64,000 nt of DNA from Squalus acanthias (lineage: Eukaryota): the NCBI GenBank assembly GCA_030390025.1, contig JASTWF010000363.1, positions 186,001-250,000 of the forward strand, written 5' to 3'. A model generated the notes under the pieces. That model made no database searches, had not been told where the DNA came from, and was given only the letters and a program-made list of their open reading frames with translations. A program made the translations under genes and the position numbers. Each line of letters opens with the position of its first letter. Within the stretch, counting starts at the first letter, position 1. Below, in pieces: positions 26,190 through 38,424 of the stretch.

Positions 26190-26545
26190 AATAAAACTTT
26201 AAATGAAACTTAACAAATTAAATTAAAATTTTGTTGGCCGGGGTGATGATGCACTCCAGTCTCCGCGGTGCCCACCGGTCGCGGAAGGCCTCGAGCGTGC
26301 CAGCAGACACCACGTGCTACATCTCCAGGGCCACCCGGGCGCGAACGTGGCCGCGGAAGAGAGGCAGGCAGTCAGGCCAAACAACCCCCTCGACCGCGCG
26401 CTGCCTGCACCAGTTAATGGCCACTTTGGCCAGGCCCAGAAGCAGTTCTATGAGGAGGTCCTCCGATCTGCCTGCTCCCCTCCACACCGGGTGACCAAAG
26501 ATCAGGAGCGTGGGACTGAAGTGCAGCCAAAAATCGAGGAGCAGC
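26190..26545 (-). mobile_element. Tx1-like (L1-Tx1 clade) LINE ORF2 C-terminus and 3' end
   Basis: The minus strand reads FWLHFSPTLLIFGHP...LLLGLAKVAINWCRQ...DCLPLFRGHVRARVALE...AFRDRWAP, typical of Tx1 ORF2 C-termini (recognised from memory). Confidence 0.65.
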
Positions 26546-27349
26546 CCTCTATTTCGGTGTAGTGCTGATAAGCTACTTGGTTTGACAATATTATTCCTGG
26601 ATTTCATATAACCACGTCCATCTGGGTCAGCCACAGCGGAGTTGGGTGGATTTCCCACCCTCCGGTCACTTGTATTCACCCCTGGAGAAACTTGTGGAGT
26701 TGATTTCAGTCCATAGCAGAGTATTTCTTCTTTCTTTCCCTCCACCGCCTGCTACTCTTCCAGGTATACCTAACTTAGCAAGTTCATGCAAATAGCCCTT
26801 ATTAATTTCTGTCCCTCCATTCTCAGATACTTGAACTGTTACAGACAAATGATACATTTAAATATTTGACTAAATTTCTTAAACTTTCTTTCTGAACTAT
26901 CGCTCTTAGTACTCATGCAACGTTGAGGACTGGCATTATAAGCTATTCTGAACCTTTATTAATCTCTCCAGGGTTTCCTTCTACTTCCTTCTGATCTGGG
27001 TGTCAAAAAATTATTTTGTTCAATAAATTCACAAAGTAAGATTCCTTTTTCCAGCTGTTTTGAAGTTTGATCGATTAAGATGACTTATTTTATTGAAAAG
27101 ATTCACCTTTCAGGTGACAATCGCCTTTACCAGACATATGAAATGAACAAATGTTAATTATAGGACAGAAAACAGGCTTACTTGTTAGCTAGTTATTCCA
27201 TTTACCTTCCCAGCCTTAAAATGAAATCCGACACCAGATAAAAGTAACATTCCTTTGAATCTCTCCCAGTCTTGCTCATCTTGCCCAGACAGTGTAATTT
27301 ATATGTTTGCCCTCAAAATCTACAGGACTGACATCCTGGCATGAATTTT

Positions 27350-29390
27350 TTTTTTTATTCGTTCATGGGATGCGGGTATCGCTGGCAAGGCCAGCATTTA
27401 TTGCCCATCCCTAGTTGCCCTTGAGAAAGTGGTGGTGAGTCGCCTTCTTGAACTGGTGCAGTCCGTGTGGTGAAGGTGCCCTCACAGTGCTGTTAAGGAG
27501 GGAGTTCCAGGAATTTGACCTAGCGACGATGGAGAAACGGCTTCCAAGTCAGGATGGTGTGTGACTTGGAGGGGAACTTGGAGGTGGTGGTGTTCCCATG
27601 CACCTGCTGCCCTTGTCCTTCAAGGTGGTAGAGGTCATGGGTTTGGGCGGTGCGGCCAAAGAATTCTTGGCGAGTTCCTGCAGTGCATCTTGTAGATGGT
27701 ACATACTGCAGCCACGGTACGCCGGTGGTGGAGGGAGTGAATGTTTAAGGTGGTGGATGGGGTGCCAATCAAGCGGGCTGCTTTGACTTGGATGGTGCCG
27801 AACTTCTTGAGTGTTTTTGGAGCTGCACTCATCCAGGCAAGTGGAGAGTATTCCATCACACTCCTGACTTGTGCCTTGTAGATGCTGGAAAGACTTTGGG
27901 GAGTCAGGAGGTGAGACACTCGCCGCAGAATACTCAGCCTCTGACCTGCTCTTGTTGCCACAGTATTTATGTGGCTGGTCCAGTTAAGTTTCCGGTCAAT
28001 GGTGACCCCCAGGATATTGATGGTGGGGGATTTGGCGATGGTAATGCCGTTGAATGTTAAGGGGCGGTGGTTAGATGCTTGCTTTTTGGAGATAGTCATT
28101 GCCTGGCACTTGTGTGGCGCGAATGATACCTGCCACTTATCAGCCCAAGCCTGAATGTCATCCAGGTCTTGCTGCATGCGGGCATGGACTGCTTCATTAT
28201 CTGAGGAGTTGCGAATGGCACTGAACAATGTGCAGTCATCAGTGAACATACCCACTTCTGACCTTATGATGGAGGGAAGGTCATCGATGAAGCAGCTGAA
28301 GATGGTTGGGCCTAGGACACTGCCCTGGGGCTGTGATGATGGACCTTCAACCAGCACAACCATATTCCTTTGTGCTAGGTATGACTCCAGCCAGTGGAGA
28401 GGTTTCACCCGATTCCCATTGACTTTAATTTTACTAGGGCTCTTTGATGCCACACTCGGTTAAATGCTGCCTTGATGTCAAGGGCAGTCACTCTCACCTC
28501 ACCTCTGGAATTCAGCTCTTTTGTCCATACTTGGACCAAGGCTTTAATGAGGTCTGGAGCCAAGTGGTCCTGGCAGAACCCAAACTGAGCATCAGTGAGC
28601 AGGTTATTGGTGATTAAGTGCTGCTTACGACACCTTCCATCACTTTGCTGATGATTGAGAGTAGACTGATGGGGTGGTAATTGGCCGGATTGGATTTATC
28701 CTGCATTTTGTGGACAGGATATACCTGGGCAGTTTTCCACATTGTCGGATAGATGCCAGTGTTAAAGTTGTACGGGAACAGCTTGGCTAGAGGCGGGGCT
28801 AGGTCTGGAGCACAAGTCTTCAGCACGACAGCCGGGATGTTGTCGGGGCCCACAGCCTTTGCTGTATCCAGTGCGCTCATCCGTTTCTTGATATCATGTG
28901 GAGTGAATCGAATCGGCTGAAGACTGGCTTCTGTGGTGTGGGGACCTCAGGAGGAGGCCGATATGGATCATCCACTCGGTACTTCTGGCTGAAGATGGTT
29001 GCAAACACTTCAGCTTTGTCTTTGCACGTGCTGGGCTCCACCATCATTGAGGATAGGGATATTCATGGAGCCTCCTCTTCCCGTTAGTTGTTTAATGGTC
29101 CACCACCATTCACGACTGGATGTGGCAGGACTGCAGAGCTTTGATCTGATCCGTTGATTGTGGGATCGCTTAGCTCTGTCTATAGCATGCTGCTTCCGCT
29201 TTTTAACATGTATGTAGTCTTGTGTTGCAGCTTCCCCAGGTTGGCACCGCATTTTTGGTACACCTGGTGCTGCTCCTGGCATGCTCTTCTACACTCCTTA
29301 TTAAACCAGGGTTGGTCCCCTGGCTTGATGGTAAAGTTAGAGTGAGGGATATGCTGGGCCATGAGGTTACAGAGTGCCACAATGTGTCCA
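27350..29390 (-). mobile_element. CR1-clade LINE, second family, decayed RT and 3' end
   Basis: ORFs with NYHPISLLSIISKVME, QGSVLGP, FTDD and EYSPLAW. The A-rich tail is at 27346-27357. Same family as 40820-41270. Confidence 0.85.
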
Positions 29391-30477
29391 TTGGTGACCT
29401 CCATTTCTGACCCTGCCAGAAAAGATGAGGCTAGGGGAAGATCAGCTTGTTTAATTATAACCACCAAGCACCTGCACATCTTAAGGGTACATCTCTGACA
29501 CCCGCCAGAAAGGGAGCAGGAAATGCGACACAAGCCAGCTGTCCACCAGCACTATGGCCTAGAATGAGGGCAAAGCTAGGCTCAGGTTGGCCCCTTTAAG
29601 GGGGGGATGAAAAATCTCCAGCCCCAGGTCCCAGCCCTGGACCCTCAGAAGGGTTTCTTTTCCGCTGGTTGGCAGGCTGCTACACCTTATCTCTCAGTGT
29701 ACTGGCCTGCCAGTGAATTCCCAACCCAGGAGTCTCCTCCCGACCATACCCCCTCCGATGCAGGTGACCTGGTTTGAGGTTGGCAGACGTTCTGCGCCAA
29801 ACACGGCTCCCTGGAAACTTGAAGCAGAGGCTGGAACCCGGTATATCTGGATTCCAGCCTATTTCCCAGGGCTTCCACCTCACTCTTGCCTGACGTAAGT
29901 CCTAGTTGCATGGACAAGATCGGCTCGGAGAGGGCATGAGGGGAGATAGGAGAGAAACTAGCGAAAGATGCGAGTTCAGGGCTAGGGCAGCGGGTAACCT
30001 TAGAGGAAGTTTGGCCCGGTGGGCTATGGGAAGGGAGGGAAGTGGCAGAGGCAGCTGATCCGATGGTCTCAATCTTAGTCACAAAGAATTCCATGAGCTC
30101 CTCGCATTTGTTGTTGGAGGTGAGGGTGGAGGAGACAGGGGAGAGGGGTTTAAGAAGACAATTTGCAGTAGAGAAAAGAAACCGGGGTTATCCTTGCATT
30201 CCAGGATGATCCTGGAATAGTGAACAGTTTTGGCAGACGAGAGCAGGACCCAATAGTGCTTTATGTGGTCCAGCCAGGTCTGGCGGTGAATGGCTAAACC
30301 AGTTTAATCCGTTTAAGACTGCGTCCCTTGGATATAAGTGAACGCAGGTGAGGGCCATACCAGGGGGAATGGCCAGGGTGAGAGAGAGTAATGGCTTATA
30401 TGGGGACTAGGGCATCAAAGGTGGAGGTGAGGGTATGGTTGAGCAGATTGGTAGCTGCAGAAATGTTGTGGTGAAAC

Positions 30478-31923
30478 TTCTTCTTCGGCAGTCCCTCGGA
30501 ACTGTGGATAACTTGCTTCCACACTAAAAATTAGTTCTCAGGTGACTGATGAGTCCACTGCGGGACCGAAAGTCTCTGTCACAGGTGGGGCAGACGGTGG
30601 TTGAAGGGGCGGGTGGCTGGGGTGCTTGGGTTGATGTGCACTCCTTCCGCTGTTTGCACTTGGCTTCCGCTTGCTCCCGGCGAAGAGACTCGAGGTGTTC
30701 GGCGCCTTCCCGGATGCTTCTCCTCCACTTTGTGCGGTCTTGGGCCAGGGATTCCCAGGTGTCAGTGGGGATATTGCACTTTTTCAAGGAGGCTTTGAGG
30801 GTGTCCTTGAAGCGTTTCCTCTGCCCACCTGGGGCTCTCTTGCCGTGTTGGAGCTCTGAGTAGAGCGCTTGTTTTGGGAGTCTCGTATGCGCATGCGGAC
30901 GATGTGACCCGTCCATCGGAGCTGATTGAACGTGGTCAAAGCTTCAACGCTGGGGATGTTGGCCTGAGCGAGAACACTGACGTTGGTGCACCTATCCTGC
31001 CAATGGATTTGCAGGATCTTGCGGAGGCAGCGTTGGTGGTACCTCTCCAATGCTTTGAGGTGCATGCTGTATATGGTCCATGTCTCTGAAGCATACAGGA
31101 GGGCGGGTATCACTACTCCTCTGTAGACCATGAGCTTGGTGCTGGGTTTGAGGTCCTGGTCTTCAAACACTCTCTTCCTCAGGCGACCGAAGGCTGCACT
31201 GGCACACTGAAGGCGGTGTTGGACTTCGTCATCAACATCTGCCCTTGTTGACAGTAGGCTCCCGAGATATGGAAAGTGGTCTACGTTGTCCAAGGCCTCT
31301 TCATGGATTTTGATAATCAGGGAGCAGTACTGTGTGGCGGGGGCAGGTTGGAAGAGGACTTTTGTCTTACAGATGTTTAGTGTAAGGCCTATGCTCTCTT
31401 ACGCTTCGGTGAAGGTGCTGACGATGGATTGGAGTTCGACCTCAGAGTGTGCGCAGATGCAAGCGTCATCTGTGTACTGTAATTCGATGACAGAGGATGG
31501 GACGACCTTGGATCTGGACTGGAGGCGATGGAGGTTGAACAGTTTCCCGTTTGTTCTGTAGATTAGCTCCACTCCAGCGGGGAGCTTACTGAGGGTGAGA
31601 TGGAGCATTGCAGCCAGGAAGATCGAGAAGAGCGTTGGTGCGATGACACAGCCTTGCTTGACCCCGGTCCGTACATGAATTGGGTCTGCGGTGGATCCGT
31701 TGGTCAGGATCACGGCTTGCATGTTGTCGTGAAGCAGGCGGAGGATGGTGACAAACTTTTGAGGGCAGCCGAATTTGAGGAGGACACTCCATAATCCCTC
31801 ATGGTTGACGGTGTCGAAGGCCTTTGTGAGGTCAAAGAAGGCCATGTACAGCGGTTGGTGCTGTTCCCTGCATTGCTCTTGTAGTTGTCGCGCGGTGAAG
31901 ATCATGTCCACTGTGCCCCTTAG
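30478..31923 (-). mobile_element. 5'-truncated RTE-clade LINE
   Basis: FFDLTKAFDTV, GVKQGCVIAPTLF, LQYTDD, FPYLGS, LLYASETW and C-terminal CPTCDRDFRSRSGLISH. The 3' tail is (GAA)n, seen as CTTCTTCTTC at 30478. Confidence 0.9.
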
Positions 31924-32186
31924 TGGACCAAGGGCTAGACAGTTGGGATTTTGAAAGTGCAGTTGTAAGTGAATTGGAGAGAGTTTTCTCCAGGGGCGGA
32001 CACAGAAAAAAGTAGGGTTGGAACGGGAAGGGATGTGGGTTGAGAGCGATACAAGGAAGTGATCAGAGATGGCCTTATCTGTCATTGACATGATGGGAGT
32101 GGCAAGGTCGAGGGGGTGGCCGTGTATATGGGTTGGGGAGTTTACATGGAGGGAGAGATTAAGGGAGGATAGGAGGGAAGTGAATT

Positions 32187-34320
32187 TATAGAATCATAGA
32201 ATGGTTACAGCACAGAAGGAAGCCATTCAGCCCATCAAGCCCGTGCCGGCTCTCTGCAAGAGCACTTCAGCTCGTCCCACTCCCCCGCCTATTCCCTGTA
32301 GCTCTGCAAATTTTTTTCCTTCAGGTACTTATTAAATTCCCTTTTGAAAGCCACGATTAAGTCTGCCTCCACCACCACCACCCTTTCAAGCAGTGCATTC
32401 CAGATCCTAACCACTCGCTGCGGAAAAGTTTTTCCTCATGTCACCTTTGGTTCTTTTGCCAAACACCTTAAATCTGTGTCCTCTGGTTCTCGACCCTTCC
32501 GCCAATGGGAACAGTTTCTCTCTATCTACTCTGTCTAGACTCCTCATGATTTTGAACACCTCCATCAAATCTCCTCTCAACCTTCTCTGCTCTAAGGAGA
32601 ACAACCCCTGCTTCTCTAGTCTATCCATGTAACTGAAGTACCTCATCCCTGGACTCATTCTCATAAATCTTTTCTGCACCCTCTCTAAGGCTTTCACATC
32701 CTTCCTAAAGTGCGGTGCCCAGAATTGGACGCGATACTCCAGTTGAGGCCAAACTAGTGTCTTATACAGGTTAATCATAACTTCCTTGTTTTTGTACTCT
32801 ATGCCTCTATTTATGAAGCCCAGGATCCTGTATGCTTATTTAACCGCTTTCTCAACCTGCCCTGCCACCTTCAATGATTTTTTACTCTATATTGCTCTCT
32901 GTCCTTTTCCATAGCTAATCTAAACCTTATGATACTATGATCACGGGTCCCTAAATGTTCCCCTACTGACACTTGCTCCACTTGACCCACCTCATTCCCC
33001 AGAACCAGATCCAGCAATGCCTCCTTCTTCGTTGGGCCACAAACGTACTGATCAAGAAAGTTCTCCTGAACACACTTCAGAAATTCTTCCCCCTCTCTGC
33101 CCTTTACACTATTACCATCCCAGTCTATATTAGGATATTTGAAGTCCCCCATTATCACTACTCCATAGTTCTTGCACCTCTCTGTAATTTCCCTGCAAAT
33201 TTGCTCCTCTATATCACTCCCACTAGTTGGTGGCCTATAGAATATACCTAGTAGTGTAATGGCACCTCTATTGTTTCTTAACTCTAACCAAATAGATTCT
33301 GTCCTTGACCCCTCCAGGACATCCTCTCTCTCCAGCACTGTAACATTCTCCTTAACCAGTACTGCCACCCACCTCCTTCCTTTCCTTCCCTATCTTTCCT
33401 GAACACCTTATATCCAGGAATACTTAAAACCCAATTCTGCCCTTTTTTGAGCCAGATCTCCGTTATCACCATGACATCTTATTCCCATGTGACTATTTGC
33501 GCCTGCAGCTCACCAACCTTATTTACCACACTTCGTGCATTCACACACATGCACTATAAACTATCTTAGACATTCTTGTATTCTCTATTAGTCTGACCCC
33601 ACCTAATACCTTACTATTTCTTACTCTAGTGCTGTCTGTCTCTCCCAATCTTTTGTACACTTTGTTTCTCCTTTCTAATGCTACATGCTGGTGCCCACCC
33701 ACCTGCCAAATTAGTTTAAACCCTCCCAAAAGCACTAGCAAAACCCCCCCTGCGAGGACAGTAGTTCCAGCTCTGTTCAGGTGCAACCTGTCCAACCTGT
33801 ACAGGTCCTGCCTCCCCCAGAACAGGTCCCTCTGTCCCAGGAATCTGAATCTCTCCCTCCTGCACCATCTCTCCAGCCACGCATTCATCTGCTCTATCCC
33901 CCTATATCTATGCTCACTAGCTCGTGGCACTGGGAGTAATCCAGAGATTATTACCTTTGAGGTCCTGCTTTTTAATCTCTTTCCTAGCTCCTTAAAGTCT
34001 GCGTGCAGGACTTCATCCCTCTTTCTAGCTATGTCATTGTTACCGATATGGACCACAACCTCTGGCTGTTCACCCTCCCCCCTCAGAATGTTCTGCAGCC
34101 ACTCAGTGACATCCTTGACCCTGGCACCAGGGAGGCAACATACTATCGTAGAATCATGTCTGTGGCCGCAGAAATGCCAGTCTGTTCCCCTAACTATCGA
34201 ATCCCCTACCACTATTGCTTTCCCGATCTTCCTCCTCCCCACCTATACAACTGAGACACCCATGGTGCCGTGGACTTGGCTCTGGCTGTACTCCGCAGTG
34301 GAACCATCGCCCTCACTAGT
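32187..34320 (-). mobile_element. Internally deleted CR1: ORF1 SGNH/GDSL esterase domain, endonuclease, then a jump to the RT C-terminus and 3' UTR
   Basis: ORF 33541-34242 has VVGDSIVRG, CLPGA, VVHIGNND and LHLN. ORF 32871-33368 has FYRPP, IMGDF and DH. The 3' end (32187-32870) has a CTATGATT tail. Confidence 0.88.
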
Positions 34321-35083
34321 ATTCAGTAACTTAAGGGAGAGAGAGCATGATGAATTCAAATGGTGGTTGAAATCACAAAATGAAAATTCGCTCAGTGCAG
34401 AGACTGAGGGAGGAAAGTAGTGAAGATATCTTAGTGAGAAAATGTTTATGGTACTTGGGTGGGTGGTAGAGAACGAGGATTTTAAATGAGAGGTGAGAGG
34501 GTTGGAACAAGGTGAGATGCTCAAAGGAGGAGAAAGTGCCAGAGGAATAGGAGGACAGACCAAGGTGTGATTTGGTGATCAGAGCCACACCGCCACCGTG
34601 ACAGCCTGGGCAGGACAAATGATGGAAGGTATAGCCAGACGGGGAGGCTTCATTTAGGGGGAAGGTGTCATCACTCCTCAGCTAGGTTTCCGTCAAGGCC
34701 ATGATGCCGATACAATCATCCACAATAAGCGCATGGATGGCAAAGGCCTTGTTCACAAGTGAATGGACATTCTGGAGGGAGATGCAGATAGGAGCGGTGA
34801 TAAGTAATCCGCTGGCAGAGTCCACAGGGTCAGTACTAGGAAGGGTGAGTTGGATGGGGAGGAGATTGACAAGATTAGCCCCCAGTGGGTGCGCTGGGTG
34901 GGAAGGTCGGCGAGTGAGTAGGATGGGGCAGTTGGGGTTGCTGCTCATAAGGAGGCAGTGATGAGTGCCTCGATGGGCACTTTGGAGGATGTCAAGAGAG
35001 GCACAGCGGGAAGCTGTAGGAGTATCCAAGAGGAAATTAAGCCTGGGACGACAGCAGGAGAGTAGAAAGTTCGAGGAGTACTG

Positions 35084-35498
35084 AACAACAACTTGTATTT
35101 ATATAGTGCCTTTAACGTAGTAAAACGTCGCAAGGCACTTCACAGGAGCATAATAAAACAAAATTTGACACTGAGCCACATAAGGAGATATTAGGGCAGA
35201 TGATCAAAAGCTTGGTCAAAGAGGTAGGTTTTCAGGAGCATTTTAAAGGAGGAGAGAGAGGTAGAGAGGCGGAGAGGCTAAAGAAGGGAAGTCCAGAGCT
35301 TAGGGCCTTGACAGCTGAAGGCACGGCCACCATTAGTGGAGCGATTAAAATCGGGGATGCTCAAGGCCAGAATTTGGGGAGCGCAGATATCTCGGAGGTA
35401 TGTGGTGCTGGAGGAGGTTATAGAGATAGGGAGGGGCGAGGCCATGGAGGGATTTGAAAACAAAGATGAGAATTTTTAAATCGAGGCGTTGCTTAACC
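35084..35498 (-). mobile_element. L2 3' fragment inserted in the 5' part of the older L2
   Basis: L2 tail ACAACAACTTGTATTTATATAG and the C-terminal ORF LPVKQRLDLKILIFVFKSLHGLAPPYL. Confidence 0.8.
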
Positions 35499-36699
35499 GG
35501 GAGGGTTGGGGTAGGGATTTGGGAAGGCAGAGTACCCGAGAGGGGAGAAATGAAAAGAAGCACGACAACAGGAGAGAGGGGTCTAGGAGGAGTAAAGAGA
35601 AAATACGTTTTTTAAAAATGGGGGAGAAAAAAGTGGAAATAGAAGTGATGGGCTCGGGTCCGGGGCAGCAGCCAAAATGTGCACACGATTGGACACAGGG
35701 AAAACTCAAGTTACATAGGCCTGGTTACGGAGCAATTATTAGGACACATATATCCTGGTAGTAACAGGGAATAGATAGGAGACAGTATGAGGGAGTCCAG
35801 AGTTAAAGTCAGAGGTCCTGAGGTAGGTAGGGTGGAGTCGTCATGGAGTATCGACAAACTGTTGTCCAAGTTCAAAGACAGCTGTGTCGGGCAGGTGAAA
35901 TGCAGAAGTTATTTGAAGGGTAGAGTATCAGAGAACGCACTGATGGACGTATTTCCATGGGAATGAAGATCCAGGAGATGTACAGAATCAGTTGCAGGGC
36001 AGAAAGATGATGGCGAAGTTGGAGGTCATCATAAGATCCAGAAGCGGTGGAGAAATGTACTTTGGCCCAGGAGAGTGAAACGCTAGCCCGGAACAGATTG
36101 TAGCTGAAGCTGAAAAAGCAGTAGAACCAGTCACAGGCTCAGCAGGGAGCAGCAGCGTTGGGGGAAAGGCTGTAAGCTGATCAAAGTTACTTTAAAATTT
36201 AAGCAACAGAGCAGCAGATTAGAGACACAACAGATGAGTCTTACGGTGTAGACCAGTGTAGTCCAGTGCAGAAGAGTAGTCTTTTCAGACTGGAGGATGG
36301 TAGACAGTGGTGTTCCCTAAGGGTCAGTGCTGGGGCCACTGCTTTTTATGATATATATAAATGACCTGAATACTGGAATACAGAGTACAATTTCTAAATT
36401 TGCTGATGACACCAAACTTGGGGGTGTTGCAAACAGTGAGGATGATACCAATCGACTGCAACAGGACATAGAAAGGCTAGCAGAATGGGCAGACAAGTGG
36501 CAGATGGAATTTAATACAGAGAAGTGTGAGGTGATGCATTTTGGCAGAAGGAACAGGGAGAGGCAATATACACTTAATGGCACAGTTTTAAAGAGTGTGC
36601 TGGGACAGAGGGACCTGGGAGTTAATGTGCATAGGTCCCTGAAGGTGGCAGGACATAGTGAGAGAGTGGTTAGCAAAGCATATGGGATCTTGGGCTTCA

Positions 36700-38424
36700 C
36701 CCATGGACCAGTTGAACCAGGAACACTCCTCGTCACGATGGACGTATCGGCACTCTACACCAATATCCCCCACAATGACGGCATCGCTGCGACAGCCTCA
36801 GTACTCAACACCAACAACAGCCAATCTCCGGACGCCATCCTACAACTCATCCGCTTCATCCTGGACCACAATGTCTTCACCTTCGACAACCAGTTTTTTA
36901 CCCAAACACACGGAACAGCCATGGGGACCAAATTCGCACCCCAATACGCCAACATCTTCATGCACAAGTTCGAGCAAGACTTCTTCGCTGCACAGGACCT
37001 CCAACCAACGCTGTACACCAGATACATCGACGACATCTTCTTCCTTTGGACCCACGGCGAAGGATCACTGAAAGGACTACACGATAGCATCAACAGGTTC
37101 CATCCCACCATCAAACTCACCATGGACTACTCCTCAGAATCGGTTTCATTCTTGGACACACGAATCTCCATCAAAGACGGACGCCTCAGCACTTCACTCT
37201 ACCGCAAGCCCACGGACAACCTCACGATGCTCCACTTCTCCAGCTTCCACCCCAACCACGTTAAAGAAGCCATCCCCTATGGACAAGCCCTGCGAATACA
37301 CAGGATCTGCTCAGACGAGGAGGAACGCGATGGACACCTACGGACACTGAAAGACGCCCTCGTAAGAACGGGATATGACGCTCGACTCGTCGATCGACAG
37401 TTCCGACGGGCCACAGCGAAAAACTGCATAGACCTCCTCAGAAGACGAACACGGGACACAACCAACAGAGTACCCTACGTCGTCCAGTACTTCCCCGGAG
37501 CGGAGAAACTACGCCATGTTCTTCGCAGCCTTCAACATGTCATCGATGACGACGAACACCTTGCTAAGGCCATCCCCACGCCTCCACTACTCACCTTCAA
37601 GCAGCCGCCTAACCTCAAAAGTACCATCGTTCGCAACAAATTACCCATCTTTCAGGAGAACAGCGACCACGACACCACACAACCCTGCCACGGCAACCTC
37701 TGCAAGACATGCCAGATCATGGACACAGATACCGTCATCACACGTGAGGACACTACCCACCAGGTACATGGTACATACTCATGTGACTCGGCCAACGTTG
37801 TCTACCTGATACGTTGCAGTAAAGGATGCCCCAGAGCATGGTACATCGGCGAGACCATGCAGACACTGAGACAACGTATGAACGGACACCGCGCAACAAT
37901 CGCCAGACAGGAGGGTTGCCTCCCAGTCGGGGAACACTTCAGCAGTCAGGGGCATTCAGCCTCGGATCTGCGGGTTAGCGTTCTCCAAGGCGGCCTTCGG
38001 GATACACGACAACGCAAAATCATCGAGCAGAAACTGATAGCCAAGTTCCGCACTCATGAGAATGGCCTCAATCGGGATATCGGGTTCATGTCACGATACA
38101 GAACGTGACTTGACATCGTTGCCGGTCTTTCCAGCTTTTTTAAAAAAAACAAACACAAGAAACAAACCCAACTGGAGAGGATATGCAGCCAGCAGGTGTT
38201 TTGACACGTTGGACCCCCTGGGACACATCTCATTGTCTTGGCTGTGCTCTTAGTGTGTCTTTGATGTAGGGAAAGATTTGAATGCATTTTCTCTGTGTTT
38301 ATATTCTGTGAATTCTGATAGATTCTCTCACAGTTACTCTACCTGAGGAAGGGGCGACAGCTCCGAAAGCTTGTAATTTTAAATAAATCTGTTGGACTAT
38401 AACCTGGTGTTGTGCGACTTCTCA
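36700..38424 (+). mobile_element. 5'-truncated Penelope-like element (RT + Cys-rich linker + GIY-YIG endonuclease; probably Neptune-type)
   Basis: About 469 uninterrupted codons with LVTMDVSALYTNI, GTAMG, RYIDDIF, FLD, LYRKPTD, CHGNLCKTC and VVYLIRC...YIGET...RMNGHR. The 3' UTR has a hammerhead and AATAAA. TTCA is duplicated at both junctions. Confidence 0.92.
38339..38376 (+). ncRNA. Minimal type I hammerhead ribozyme motif in the Penelope 3' terminal region
   Basis: TAC CTGAGGA A GGGGC GACA GCTCC GAAA GC TT GTA: core CUGAGGA/GAAA, stem II 5 bp (one GU), palindromic AGCU stem III, stem I UAC/GUA. Confidence 0.75.

Larger units (their letters stand above)
29900..36270 (-). mobile_element. 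L2 LINE (5' region, APE endonuclease, tether) split by RTE, CR1 and L2 insertions
   Basis: Colinear L2 pieces at 29900-30477, 31924-32186 and 34322-35083, with ISLQNVHSL, MALTET, GGGVALI, YHPPK and SDHFLV. Probable 5' region at about 35500-36270. Confidence 0.72.

Noticed and set aside
33541..34242. Stand-alone SGNH/GDSL esterase gene
   Set aside because: It sits directly upstream of a CR1 endonuclease, and an esterase domain is a known part of CR1 ORF1.
33629..34420. Long ORFs antisense to LINEs (also 141-689, 2972-3373, 36317-36736, 48104-48442, 62960-63526)
   Set aside because: They are opposite-strand shadows of LINE coding sequence.
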